A stretch of DNA of 64,000 nucleotides. Origin: Gnetum montanum. Taxonomy: Eukaryota > Plantae > Gnetophyta. The DNA is taken from positions 1-64,000 of the forward strand of contig MNCI01002765.1 in assembly GCA_015680685.1 (NCBI GenBank), in the 5' to 3' direction. The notes below the pieces were generated by a model. It was given only the letters and a program-made list of their open reading frames with translations, had not been told where the DNA came from and did no database searches. How positions within the stretch are numbered: the stretch's first letter is position 1; every line of letters begins with the position of its first letter. This document shows, one piece after another, positions 1 to 12,620 of the stretch. The translations under genes were made by a program, and so were the position numbers.

Positions 1-194
1 TGGAGTGATCAATCTGCCAGAGCTTCGCTACACTAGCCAGTATTGAGAAATGAAGGGAGTGCCGCCTCTTATTTATAGAAATGGCGGCGGGACGCGATAT
101 CGCATACGCGATATCGCAGGAGAAAACGCAATATCGCGTCGGCTGCGATATCGCGTACGCGATATCGCAGCCTAGTGTAAGTCGCGTCTCATCA
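1..194 (-). mobile_element. 5' end (U3/TATA) of an LTR, same young family as the solo LTR at 26482-27535; cut by the window edge
   Basis: Reverse complement begins TGATGAGACGCGACTTACACTAGG and aligns with 26482-26658, including the CGCGATATCGC palindromes and the CTATAAATA box. Confidence 0.9.
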
Positions 195-199
195 ACATG

Positions 200-1140
200 A
201 CTCTTCAAAATTGGACAACACATTCTTTGATGGCATGAAGTTTGGTAGAGAAGATTAGATAGTCTTAGGTGGTGGTGGCTCCTAAGGTTCTAAGGGATCT
301 TCACTGGCATCACACATGTGTGCTAGTTGAGGTGGTTGTGGCTGTCCTGCTACTACTGTGACTTCTGGTGGGAGGTGGAAAGCATCAAGTAGTGCTCTCA
401 TTTTCTCCTTCTTACTTATGGGATCATGCATCATCCATGTAACTTTGCCAATGTGGGCTAGAATGGGCACATCCCAAGGACATGGAATTGCTAGAAATAA
501 CTCTACATTGATAAACCAAGAAACAAATTGTTTGCATTCAATGTCAAACACTCTGACTATATCCTTTAGCTCATGTAATCATTCATCCTTTTGGCTAGGT
601 TCTCAATAGTTGATCATTGATCTATGAATCGTGCTATAAGAACTTTGAGTTCAACATTTGCAGTCTCAAGCTTCTGCTTGATGTCTTTATGGTGCTTGAA
701 CTCTCTACCTTGTATAGCAAATATGAGCTAGCCACTTGTTTCTCTAATGCTGACTATAGTTGTTTGATAGCTAGCATAGCTAGGTTCACATAACAAAGAT
801 TGTCCAACTCCATGTACTTTGTCATTTCTTCTATTTGCAACTCCTTTAGGAAGATCTCTTCTTTTTTGTAAGCATTAATCCCATCAATGATGGGTTGCCA
901 AAATTCTAGTCCTTGTTGGATTTGTTGTAGAGCTTCATTTACTTTCACCTTCACCATTTGGATGTGCTTCTCATTGACTTCCTTTTGCAAGCCAACCTGG
1001 TCTCTATAGTGTTTTTTCACTCTTTCAAACTTCAAAGCTTCATTTTTCCAGGCAATAATCTCAATAGTATATTTCTAGTGTTAGGCACAAACTTCTTCCA
1101 TTGGCAGATTCCAATTTTCTATTGCTAATTTCCTTAATTC
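200..1140 (-). pseudogene. Degenerate fragment of an Athila-like extra (3') coiled-coil ORF
   Basis: ORF 282-551 contains PCPWDVP...WMMHDPISKKEK, matching PCPWDVPA...WMIHDPRTKEEK at about 18635-18720. ORF 754-1035 is E/K/Q/L-rich, like a coiled coil. Confidence 0.65.
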
Positions 1141-1149
1141 AATATTCAC

Positions 1150-1270
1150 CCTAGTAGGCATGTATTTATAGCCAAAAAGTAGACACTACATCGATGGGGC
1201 CTCATCGACACATGATACAATGTATCGATGAGGCCTCATCGACGAGGCACAATCGACAAGGCCTCATCAA
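1150..1270 (-). promoter_or_regulatory. TE-type promoter block: repeated TCGATGAGGCCTCATCGA palindromes followed by CTATAAATA
   Basis: 3-4 degenerate palindromes at 1188-1270 and a minus-strand TATA box at about 1162-1170; same layout as the LTR U3 regions in this window. Confidence 0.45.
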
Positions 1271-1811
1271 CATAGCTGACAAAACTGTGACTCATCACTC
1301 ATGTTTTCCCTTGTTTCACTATTGATGCCTTAAACATTAAAAAAAATATTTACTTAATTTCTATTTAATTAAACTATGATGATTCTTCCTTGTCCAAGCA
1401 AGTCATAATTGTATAGAATGGTGTGGGGCCATCGAGGTTATGACTAAGAACCATTTTATTACATTCTATGTGTGGTGTTGCACATGACCCAACAGGGATT
1501 GTGGCACAAGCATTATGTCTATCCCCAGTATGGATTGTGATGCATGTGTATTTATCTTTTTTTCACTTCATTTAAGCATAAAATACATAAAAATTATAAA
1601 ATATATAATTAAAAATATTTTCTCTACCTCTCATTGTGGCAACATGGTCTATCACTTATATCATATATATTATAATATCATTTATACTTTTTGAAGATAA
1701 CAATATACATGAGTGTTCTTAACAATCTACTAAACATCATCTTTGAAGCTTAAAACCAAATTATACTACATTTTCTATGATAAATCCCATTGATCAAAAA
1801 CAACAAGACCC

Positions 1812-3620
1812 TGTAATGACTGAAAATGTCAATGGCTAGAATCACTTAGGGGTCCATGGTCATATAGCCTTAACCCTACATCCATATGAGAGCCTACTAG
1901 AAATAGAGGTAGGATGCCCAGAATGGTCTTGTTGATGGAACTGGGACTTACAGGGTTTACAATGAACAAATGCGAGGGGTTTGCATGGTGTTTGCAACAT
2001 CCAACATGCCTATAGTAGTGAGTGTAGTTAAGGCTTTTGGTGCAAAACAAGGATGCAAACACATGAATATGCACAAAAATGATGAAAAATGCAATTAGAA
2101 TGCTAAAATGCAATAGAAATTGCTAAAAATGTACAAGATGCAAGCGAGAGAGAAAGATGCACCACTCCAAATGGGGAGAGCATAGTTAACTGTAAGAAAA
2201 GAGAAGGTAAGGAGGTACACGATGTACAAACAAGCACAAAAGCTAGCATAGTCATAGTCTCAAGGTGTTTGGGCTACAAAAATTGATGTCTACCATGAAG
2301 TCTGAGCCTACCAAGTTGGCTTTCATGGTGTCCTACAAGCTATAGTGGTCTATGGGGTGCAACGGTGTTGTGATGATGTGCAACGGTGCCAAGTGCTATC
2401 TCAAAGTTCGCCAAAATGCTAAGTGCACTCAGGTGCCAAATGCCAAAATGTCGTGGAATGCAAGAGTTTCCAATTGAATGCTTGAAATTCCAACCCCTAG
2501 AATATAGAAACTTGGGTTATTTATAGGGCTAGGGTTAGCCCAAATTGCGAATTAGGCACCACATGGCAGAAGGGTAGTTGGGACTATGCTCTAATATAGT
2601 TGGGACTACGCTCACCCCAACTATGCTCTATGATGTAGCAAATGGTATTGAGTGGTTTCATTTCTCTGATGGAGTATGTGAAGCTAAGATACTATGACTA
2701 CACTACCTTCTTCATAAAGAAGAGTACAAATGTACCTGAGAAATGCAAAACATGCCAAAAAATGCAACTTTTTAAGACTACACTATGGGACTATGCTCTA
2801 GAGCATAGTCGCAATTTTTGGGGAAAGGGGGATGCAAAAATGACAAATGTTATTGCTAGAGAGGTGCTAGAGCTTATGTAAATGCCGATGCTAAGGTGTG
2901 AGAGCCTTTGGAGGCTATTCTTGCTATCTACACTAACTATGCTCTTGAGTGTAGTTTCAGACTTTGGCAAAATCTAGTTAAAAACTAGAAAAAACCAATA
3001 AAATATGGCTAAGTGTTGACTATGCTCTAGAGGAGGTTGACTACACTCATGAGGATAGCAAGCATAGGCTTAACACTTAGATAAAAATCTACAAAATCTA
3101 CCTTTTGGACAAACTACACTAACTATGCTCTAGAGCATAGTCCCAAAAGCAAGAGTGTAGTCTTGATAGTTAGAAAAATTCTATAGAAAAAATGTGTTTC
3201 CAAGCTAACTATGCTGACTACGCTCTAGATCGTAGTCCTAGTAGTGGTGTAGTTTAGGTACTTAGAAAAATTTTGGCAAAAACTGGACTTCCAAATTATC
3301 TACACGTTAACTACACTCTAGAGCATAGTCATGACAATTAGAAAAAATTTGCAAAAATTGATGTTTTGTGTTGACTATACTCTAGAGCATGGTCTTGGTA
3401 GTCAAGAGTGTAGTCTTTGCACTTAGAAAAATTTATAGCTTTATCACCATTTTGACACTTAGAAAAAATCCTACAAAACTAGTAGTTGTGTGTTGACTAT
3501 GCTGACTATGCTCTAGAGCGTAATCTCAACACTTAGAAAAATTTGGAAAAGTGCCATCATTTTGAAACTTAGCCAAATTTGTGGGTGGGATGCAGGAGCC
3601 CAAAATTTTATGGTGTTTCA
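1812..3620 (-). repeat. 3' LTR of the Tat/Ogre-like element
   Basis: Colinear with 9491-11298; many ACTATGCTCTAGAGCATAGT palindromes. Confidence 0.9.
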
Positions 3621-4774
3621 TTAGCCCCTCTTTGTTGGCGTTTGGAGGAGTGATTTGAGAGACATTGACAAAGAACATAAAACACCACAGTAAATGTGCC
3701 ATCAAAATTGCTCGTTAATACCTAATTGGGTGTCATTCCACCATGCTCAAGAGTGCTATGATAAGGGTATGCTAGGGCAAAGGGTATAGGCAATGTGCTA
3801 GGGAGATGAAATGTAAATGAGAAGATGAAATGCAAACAATGGAGATGCAATGCAAATAAGTTTTCATGATGCAAGATGCAAAGTCAGCACGGTTGACAAC
3901 AATCATGGCATAGAGTGGCTTGCCCCTGAAATGTTGACCTTTCATCAAAGTGCTCATGAGAGAGTCAAAGTGGATTCAAGGCTGAGCCGATGTGAAATTG
4001 TAGTGTTTTCAATTTTCTTGGGGATGTACTTTTCCCCATTCTTTTTTTTCACTTTTTTGTTCGCTTTTTTTGCTTTGTTGTGGGGAAGACCTACATTTGG
4101 TTCTACACATTATTGAATGTAGCTACAAGGCATTGGCCATTGAGTAGATGGGCTTGTTGGCCATTAAGTAGATGGGATTTACTTTGATGCAACCACATTG
4201 CGTCTGTAAGATAGGTGTTTCCTCTTAAGGATGAGTTGCATCCACCATAGGCTCCCCACTTTGATCAGCCAACATAGGCTCCCTACAGGACCGCCATAGG
4301 TTCTATAGTTGATGTGAAGAGGGAATGCCATGTGCATTACAGTGTGTATGCATCAAAGGGTTTTCATGCAATGGAATGTAGGAAATGTAAGAAGGTATTG
4401 AGATGTAAGGGACATGCATAGGCTATAATGCAAGGATATGCATAATCTATAACGAGGTGAGGGGGATGTGCACTCTTATGTGGCTTAGCTAGCCCAATCA
4501 TGCATGACAAAGTGATGTGATGACTTCCTGCTACAATGATATGCAGCTTTGCATGACTACCTCCAGGGCTTCGTCCTGCAAACACAACTCTGAGAAGACA
4601 AGAAAATCACAAACAAAAAGTGCAAGTGAAATGCTAGATGCGAAGATCCTGCATATGCTTGAAAGGCTGAACTAGTTGCAAGTGCTCAGGAAGCCAATGA
4701 AAGTGCCAAGCTCGATAATGTAGCGAGTACTTCAAAGGCCAAAATAATGGCAAGTGCTCTAAAGAGATTAGAAA

Positions 4775-5370
4775 AATGCTAGTTTAAAGTCCTGGTAGAC
4801 CGTGAACCCAGTTTAAGGTCCTAGCAGACCATGGCGCACTAGTTTATAGTCCTAGTAGACTGCTATGTGCTAGTTTATCATCATAGCAAATGTGCTACTA
4901 TGCCAATTTAATTTCATGACCTAAGGACAAGATGTGTCAATTTAATGTCATGGCAAACAAATGCTATGGATGCTAGTTTTAGCATCATGGCCCAAGGACG
5001 ATTTGTGCCAATTTATAATCATAGTAGACTACTATGCTAGTTTAACAACATGGTGGATGAGTGCTTACCTTACTATGTCAATGTGGTACAGTGCTACATG
5101 CATAGTCATGTTGTGTTCCTGCAAAGATTAACTAGAAAAATAACATCAAGTGGCACCTATCGTAAATAAAGTTAATGCATAAATGAAAGGAAAGTAATGC
5201 AAAGAGTGATAGTTTTACGCTATTTCAGGCCACAGTAGTAGTTTAAGGCCATTTTGGGCTATGCAATGCTAGTTTAAGGCCATGGCAAGCCATGTGCTTA
5301 TTTAAGGCCCTTTCGAGCCACGTGGACCACTAGTTTTAGGGCCATTTCAGGCTATGTGTGTTGCTAGTTT
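4775..5370. repeat. Array of ~30-40 bp units (CYAGTTTAA plus small hairpin) in the 3' non-coding region of the Tat/Ogre-like element
   Basis: Examples: CCAGTTTAA GGTC CTAGCA GACC; CTAGTTTAT AGTC CTAGTA GACT; GTAGTTTAA GGCC ATTTTG GGCT. About 14 units in two blocks. Confidence 0.75.
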
Positions 5371-5879
5371 TGTGATTTTTATTTTTATTTTTATGGGTTT
5401 TGCTATTTTTCAAATGCAATGCGTAAGCTAAGTAAATAAATGCATGAATAAAGAAAAAATTCATAAAAAAGAAAACAAAGTAAAACTATACATAAGCTAA
5501 GCAAGAAGGCAAAATGTAAACACATAGACAAAGGCAATGCAAGCGAAAACCAAAAATGCATGCCACATGGAGGCAAGGGGTGGGCAAGTGCCTATCATGT
5601 TTTTGGCCAAGGGGGTATCTTGGTTATGTAGTTGCTTCCTTATTAGGCATGGACTAGGGGATGCATAGGGCCTAGGGTCCTCTAGGAGGCTGTTGGCTTC
5701 AATTGCTTATTCAAGTGTGTTAAGCTTAAGCATTGCATTCGTTGTCACAGGTATACCACCAAGAAACTCCATCTTCAACACTTGTCCCATGTTGACATGA
5801 TGGATGTCTAGAGGGGAGATGTTATTTCTATAGATGATAACTTGACCACCTTTTTAAGAAAGGTAGAGTTCTTGATGGA

Positions 5880-6200
5880 TTAGAGAGGAGATGGCTTGCA
5901 GTTAAGCTAGCCAAGGCCTGCCTAGGATTAGGTTGAAGCCTGGAATCTCCTCTATGATTGTGAAATCTATAGAGGTGGGGAACTGCTCCCCTACCACAAA
6001 GGCTATGTTGATCATGCCCCTGATAGTGACACATGATCCATTGAAGGATTTTAGACATGTAATTTTGGTTGGCCTAATCTCATCTACCAAGACTAGTTTG
6101 TCGATGACAAAATATAGAACTACATTTGTTGCTGCACCATCATTGATATGCACCCTATAGATGGTATAGTTCCCAAAATGTATGCTAATGGATAATGGAT
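5880..6200 (-). pseudogene. Retrotransposon aspartic protease remnant
   Basis: INDGAATNVV...FNG...FNLILGRPWL, typical of Tat/Ogre proteases. Confidence 0.8.
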
Positions 6201-7116
6201 CTATAGTGACCTCCCCTCATTCAAGGTTGACCTTGACTATGTCATCATAAAAGGCTAGGAATGTTGAACCCAATTCCTGTGGTATAGGAGGCAAGATCAT
6301 TGCACGGATGGTGTTCTCATCTATAGGCATGGCCTCTGTGACAAGAATGGAGGCCAAAATCTTGGCCAATGCTTGGTGGTGGGTAGACAAAGTCATGACC
6401 AAGTCATACAAGCTTAGTGTTTTGTTCTTTTGATTGAGCATTTGTTGCACCTAGGTTAGTGCAACTACGAAGTTCTTGTGATCAACTGTTGTATTGGCCT
6501 TGACATCCTCCATGTGGCTTGAGATACTAATATCTTGTAGATGGGACTTGAGCTTGGGTTGCTTGGCCTATTTGGGGGTAGAGGCCTCATTGTTCTGTTG
6601 TGACTTGCTTGTTTTGGCCTTTACTTCAACCATCGGGTTTGTGATGTGCTCATTTGGCCTCTTGAATTGCCATTTGGTAGGCCTTCCTGGGTTACTAGTG
6701 GGGTCAGCCCTTGAAGGAGAAAAGACCAACACATTACCCACTATTGGGCTTCGGGTAGGAGAGGTACCAGTGGGTTGTGACACCCTAATGAAAAATAGCA
6801 GCTTTGCAGTTGTTGTTGTAGGGCTAGCTCATTGTGGCTCCTTAATGACGAATGGTTGCTTAGTGGTTGCTAGTGTAGCTTGCTAGTTTAATGTCTTAGC
6901 AAATAGGTTTTGTTAGTTTAATATCTTAGTAGATGAATTTTTCTAGTTTAATATCTTAGCAAATAATTGTTGTAGGACCTTGACCATGAAGGGTGTTGTG
7001 GGTGCCCGCAGTGATACTTTGACCATGAAGGGAGATCTCTTACATGTAGAGGCTGAGGGAATCCTTACCTTGCTGGGAGGCACTTGAATCACAAAAGGTT
7101 TTTGCACATGTTTATT

Positions 7117-8250
7117 CTACCCACCTATGTTAATGTATTTTATGATGTAGGAGGCATCATCTGCATTGGATTGACTCAATGCATCGAGCATAAGTTTGTC
7201 CCTTTCTATCATTCTTTGCAAGTCATCTTGTGAAGCCTGATAGTTGTCTGTATTGTGACCAGATAGATAGTGGTAATGATAGTATTGGTCTAGTCTGAAG
7301 TATTTAGGAACTAGAGGCTTGTTTGGTACTATTGAGGTGAGGTTCCTCAGTAGTTCGTAGTACCTATCGTGTCGTTGGTAGGCAATGTCCAACACTTGTT
7401 TATGTTGGATTCGCCCAGCTTTCAAGAGTTGATCCAATAACTCTAAGGGTCTCATCTGCAGTGGGGTATACCTTGAGTGATCCTTACACTCAAAGTGGAA
7501 CCTTGAAGTCGCTTGCGCTATGGCCCCTACAAATGTAGGTAGATTGGTGCTAGAGTTGGTGGCTTTGTATCCTAGGGCCTTGGGTTGCTTAGTCATCTAG
7601 CCCCAATTGGTTGCTTTTGCATTTTTGGTTACTATTGCCACTATTGTTTTGCTTACTGGCATGTTGCTTTTTGTAGGCCACATAGGCTAGGTCATTGTTA
7701 GCTTACACTACCTCCTCTATGCCCTTCATTTGAAAAAATGCTTGGCTAAGAGACTTCGGGGCTAGGTAGTACAATTTAGACTTGATGAAGTTATTAACTA
7801 CCCTTTTGAAGATGGCCAAAATGTGAGTCTCTACTATGGGCTTTCATATTTCTTATAACAAGGAGCTCTAGCATTAGATAAATTTGGGCATGGGCTCTAG
7901 GGACCCCTGCTTGACCTACATGAGCTGGTTGAGGGTTGCTTTAGGTTTTAGGTTGTACCTAAATTGTATCACAAATTGGCTGAGGAGGTCCTCCAAGGAG
8001 GAGATTAAGGCCCTAGGTAGCACATGGTACTAGTCAAGAGCTTTGCTAGTAAGTGACATGGAAAAGACACACATGATTGCATGTGTTCATGCTTGTAACA
8101 ACACGCACTCAAACATGAATGTGACCAAGTGCACGTTGGGATCATCCTCACCATTGTACTTGGTGAGTTGAGGTAGCAGGACCCTAGTTGAGAGAGTTAG
8201 TGGTGGGACTACATAACTTATGGGATCATCCTAGTAAAAATCCACCACCT
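7117..8250 (-). pseudogene. Gag remnant (retrotrans_gag domain plus Ogre/Tat-type Zn knuckle)
   Basis: Reads KYNGEDDPNVHL..FSMSLTSKALD*Y at about 8020-8160. YYHYHYLSGHNTDNY is a decayed C-x2-H-x4-H-x4-C motif. Many stop codons. Confidence 0.75.
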
Positions 8251-9490
8251 TGATGATTTCAGAGGAGGTAGCTTTGAACCAATTGATCTCCTCTATCAAG
8301 ATTTGGATCAGGTAGAATACCTTATCCAAACTTGGGGATGTGCCAGCTAATTGGGCTAGGCTTATGTGGTTTTCACAGTGAAGTGCTAGATTGTTGGTTG
8401 CAGAGTATGCCAATTTAACGTCGTAGAAGACGAATGAAATTGTTGCATTGGCTAAGGGATGGGTGTGGTAACCGAGGTAGGCCACACATGCATTGGTTGG
8501 ATTGATACTAAGGGCACCAAGGAGATAGGTAGGATGTAGGATGCCTAAATCATTTGGAACTAGGAGGTGGCCCCATCATGAATGTAGGGTTTGGCGAATG
8601 CAACGGTTGCTTGCAAGGAAGGCTAAGTTGGCATGGTCACCATCTTGTAGAGGACGAGTGAACCAAACTAAGGAGGGGTAGTATTGGGGAGTGGTTGTTG
8701 GAAGATGATGTAGAGGAGGCTCTCACATTTGGAGTAGGCCTCGAACTCATCTTCCTCCTCCTATGAGACCTCCTTGTAGGTTGTCCCTACATCGTGCTCA
8801 TTTGCATCAATGAGTTGGGACAATAGTTGGTGGTAGGACTCCATGAGTGGGATTATATTAAACAAGGTAGGGTTATACTCTTATCCATCCTAATGAACTC
8901 ATTCATAGTCCTATTTTTCCTCTATGTCAAGGCTATCTATGGGTAATCCTACTTGGATTTTTGCACAAACAAAGTTGTACTATTCGTGGCTTAGCATGGC
9001 ACGCTTTAGGGGGATGATGGTGTCAAGTGTGTTAGACACTGATACAGAAGGTTGATCTAGATTCATGTTCATAGATCAAGCCATGAGAGTTGTTGTTTAC
9101 AAAAAAAAAATAGTTAACTCTAAAAACACAGAAAAATGGCTATGTTTTTTGGTGGCAAAAAATGGCTAAGTTTGGAATATGCAGAAAAATGACTAAGTGT
9201 GAAAATGAAAAAAAAATTGCTAAGTATGAAAACTATAGAAAATCAACTAAGTATAAAATTGCAAGAAAAATGGCTAGGTATGGAGACTACACTCCACACC
9301 AACTATGCTCTCTACACTCAGAGAACGAAGACCTAGAAAAAAGAGTGAAGAATAGTAAGACTTAGGTTGCTACGCGGAGTCTTAGGGAGACCAACAATAG
9401 GGACCAATCTACACTAACAAGTGTGTAGAGAGCATGCAAATACAACATAAATGAATGAAATGGCATGACCCTCCTTCTAGAACTAGAAAC

Positions 9491-11298
9491 TATAACGATC
9501 GAAAACATCGATGGTTGGAATCACCAAAGGGTTCGTGGTCATATAGCCTTTACCCCACATCTACATGAGGGCTTGTTGGAAATGAAGGTAGGATTCCTAG
9601 AATGGTCTTGTCGATCAAACTGGGGCTTACAAGTTGTTACAATGAACAAATGTGAGGGGTTTGCATGGTTTTTACAACATCCATGGTGCCTATGGGGGTG
9701 AGTGTAGTTAAGGTTTTTGGTGCAAAATGAGGGCACAAACACACAAGCATGTGCAAAAATGGTGAAAAATATGAGTAGAATGCTAAAACACAAGAGAAAA
9801 TGCTAAAAATGTGCAAGATGCAAGCAAGAAATAAAGTGACACCATCCCAAATGATGGAAGCATAGTTAACTACAAAGAAAGAGAAGGCGAGGAGGTACAT
9901 GGTGTACAAACAGGTGTAGAAGGTAATGTAGTCACAATCTCAAGGTGTCTGGGTTGTGAAAACTGACATCTACTATGAGGTCTAAGCCTACTAGGTTGGC
10001 TACCATACTGTCCTGCAAGCTATGGTGGTCTATGAGGTGCAATGGTGTTTTGGTGATGTGCAATGGTGCCAAGTGCTATCCCAAAGTTCACCAAAATGCC
10101 AAGTGTGCATGGGTGTCAAATGCCAAAATGCCAGTTGCATGCAAGAGTTGCCAACTAAATGCTTCAAATGCCAACACCTAGAATGCAGAACATTGGGGTA
10201 TTTATAAGGCTAGGGTTAGTCCAAATTGTAGATTAGGCACCACATGGTAGAGGCGTAGTTGGAACTACACTCTGGGGTAGTTGGGACTATGCTCACCCCA
10301 ACTATGCTCTGTGGTGTAACAAACGGTGTTGAGTGGTGTCATTTCTCTAATAGAGTTTGTGAAGCTAAGAGACTATGACTAAATTACCTTCTACATGAAG
10401 AAGACCACAAATGTACCTAAGAAATGCAAAACATCCAAAAATGAAACTTTTGGAGACTACATTCTGGGACTATGCTCTAGAGCATAGTTATAATTTTTGG
10501 GAAAAGGGGGATGCAAAAATGACAAATGCTATTGCTAGAGAGGTGCTAGAGCTAATGCAAATGCCAATGTTGAGGTGTGGGGGCCTTTAGAGGCTATTCT
10601 TACTATCTATGCTAACTACACTCTGGAGCATAGTCCCATACTTTGACAAAATCTAGTCAAAAACTAGCAAAAACTGACAAAATATGACTAAGGGTTGACT
10701 ATGCTCTAGAGGAGGTTGACTATGCTCCTGAGCATGGCAAGGGTATGCTTAACCCTTAGAAAAAAATCTACAAAATCTAGCTTCTAGAAGAACCACAGTA
10801 ACTAGACTCTAGAGCATAGTCCTGATAGTAAGAGAGCAGTCTTGATAGTTAGAAAAATTATACAAAAAAAATTTGTTTCCAAGCTGACTATGCTCTAGAG
10901 CATAGTCCTAGTAGTGGAGAGTGTAGTTTGGGTACTAGAAAAATTTTAGCAGAAACTGGACTTCCAAATTATCTACACTCTGACTATGCTCTAGAGCATA
11001 GTCCCAACAGTTAGAAAAAATTTGCAAAAACTAGTGTTATGTGCCGACTACTCTCTAGAGTGTAGTCTTGGCAGTGGAGAGTGTAGTTTCAACACTTAGA
11101 AAAAATCCTGCAAAATTGGTAGTTGTGTGTTGACTATGCTAACTATGCTCTGGAGCATAGTCTCAGTAGTGGGAGCATAGTCTCAGTAGTGGGAGCATAG
11201 TCTCAACACTTAGAAAAATTTGGGAAAAGTGCCATCATTCTGACACTTAGCCAAATTTGTGAGCGACAAGCAAGAGCCCAAAATTTTATGATGTTTCA
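9491..11298 (-). repeat. 5' LTR of the Tat/Ogre-like element
   Basis: Colinear with 1812-3620; both copies end AAATTTTATG(G/A)TGTTTCA. Confidence 0.9.
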
Positions 11299-11949
11299 AC
11301 CCCTATCATTAGTGTCATTGCTAGGAAAGGCATTGGTAAATTATCTAGAAATACTTATACACTTTTTATCTTATCATTTATTTAAACCAAGTGTATGTTT
11401 ATTTAGTGTTGTATGTAGATTTTGAACATGAACAAGATGGAAGATAATGCAATAAGCCTACCAAAGATCTTAGAAAATGTACCAAAACAAGAAAGGAATT
11501 CTGTTATTTATAAACACTCTAATGATATGACCCTACCACCATTTATCTAGATCTATTATTAGGACAAGTAAGAAAGATGATGTGACACTCATGGGTAGTT
11601 CTCAAAGGAACTGGTTGTGATTGTATCATGAGATCTTAAAGAGATCCTTATCAATCTTGAATTACAAGAGTTTCATGCATTCCACATGGCTTTGTAGCCA
11701 ATGTACAACAACTATGAATCCCAATAGAAATAAGAGCTTTGAGACTAGATGGCAAAAGAGAAGACCCACTATAGCTTTTCATTTGACCACTCAGATGAGG
11801 AGTAAGACTAGAAACTGAACATCAAGGATAAAGGGCCAATATGACATGAAGGCACATGATCAATAATTGTCAATTCAAACACATCTAGAACCCATTAGGA
11901 TGATCTAATCTATAAGTCCTAACATCTTTACCTATTAGGATTATCCAGT

Positions 11950-12620
11950 GATGATGATGCCCCCTTGTTTGATTAGGATAATTATCATGAGCTTAATTAA
12001 GCTTTCTACATTCCACAGGAGCATGTTTGTAACAATAAGATTAAATGAACTAACATGGCCAATGTTCTAACTTATAGAGGGTATACTAGCATTGATTCCC
12101 AAATTCACATGTAGGCATTTAATAATTCTTGCTATTTACAAGAGATCATTAATTATTAGCATAAGTTACAATTGTTTTCCTACACCTTCATTAAGCAAGT
12201 AGAAACTTGGTACAAATCCTTACCAACTAAATCAATTTAAGAATAGGTAGATATGGTTAAAATCTTCTACACCAAATTTCAAACTTATGCTTACATTTCA
12301 AACAACTAGAAGAAGATGACTGGATGAAGGCAAGGAGCCCATGAATTACTAGACATTGCCATGGAGAGGTACCTAAAAGTAGCTCACCATTGTCTAAACC
12401 ATGTTTTAACCAATAAGAATAGGTGATGCATATCATGGAAGTCTAAGGCAGGAAACAAGATAGCAAGTATCTATATATGCAATGGGCTAGGTACACAAAA
12501 ACTTTGTGACTCAAATCAAAGTGCTCCTTGACATCATAATTAGCATGGACGGTGAATGAAGAAAATGGCAATTATCTATGTTATACAATCATGATCCTAT
12601 AAGAAAAAGGGAGATCAAAA
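11950..12620 (+). pseudogene. Athila-like gag remnant
   Basis: FPYTFIKQVETWYKSLPTKSI and YNHDP motifs parallel FPRALIKEVENWYWSLEPKSI and YNHDP in the 52062-62033 element. Confidence 0.7.

Larger units (their letters stand above)
1812..11298 (-). mobile_element. Non-autonomous Ty3/gypsy Tat/Ogre-like LTR retrotransposon (gag and protease only)
   Basis: Two ~1.8-kb direct repeats with TG..CA ends. PPT (minus strand CAAAGAGGGGCTAA) at 3621-3634. PBS-like TAGTTCTAGAAGGAGGG next to 9491. ACCC on both flanks (1808-1811, 11299-11302). Gag and protease remnants are present; no RT, RNase H or integrase is recognisable. Confidence 0.85.

Noticed and set aside
4775-5370. Repeat-spacer pattern reminiscent of CRISPR
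   Set aside because: Eukaryotic retroelement context, degenerate repeats, very short spacers and no cas genes.
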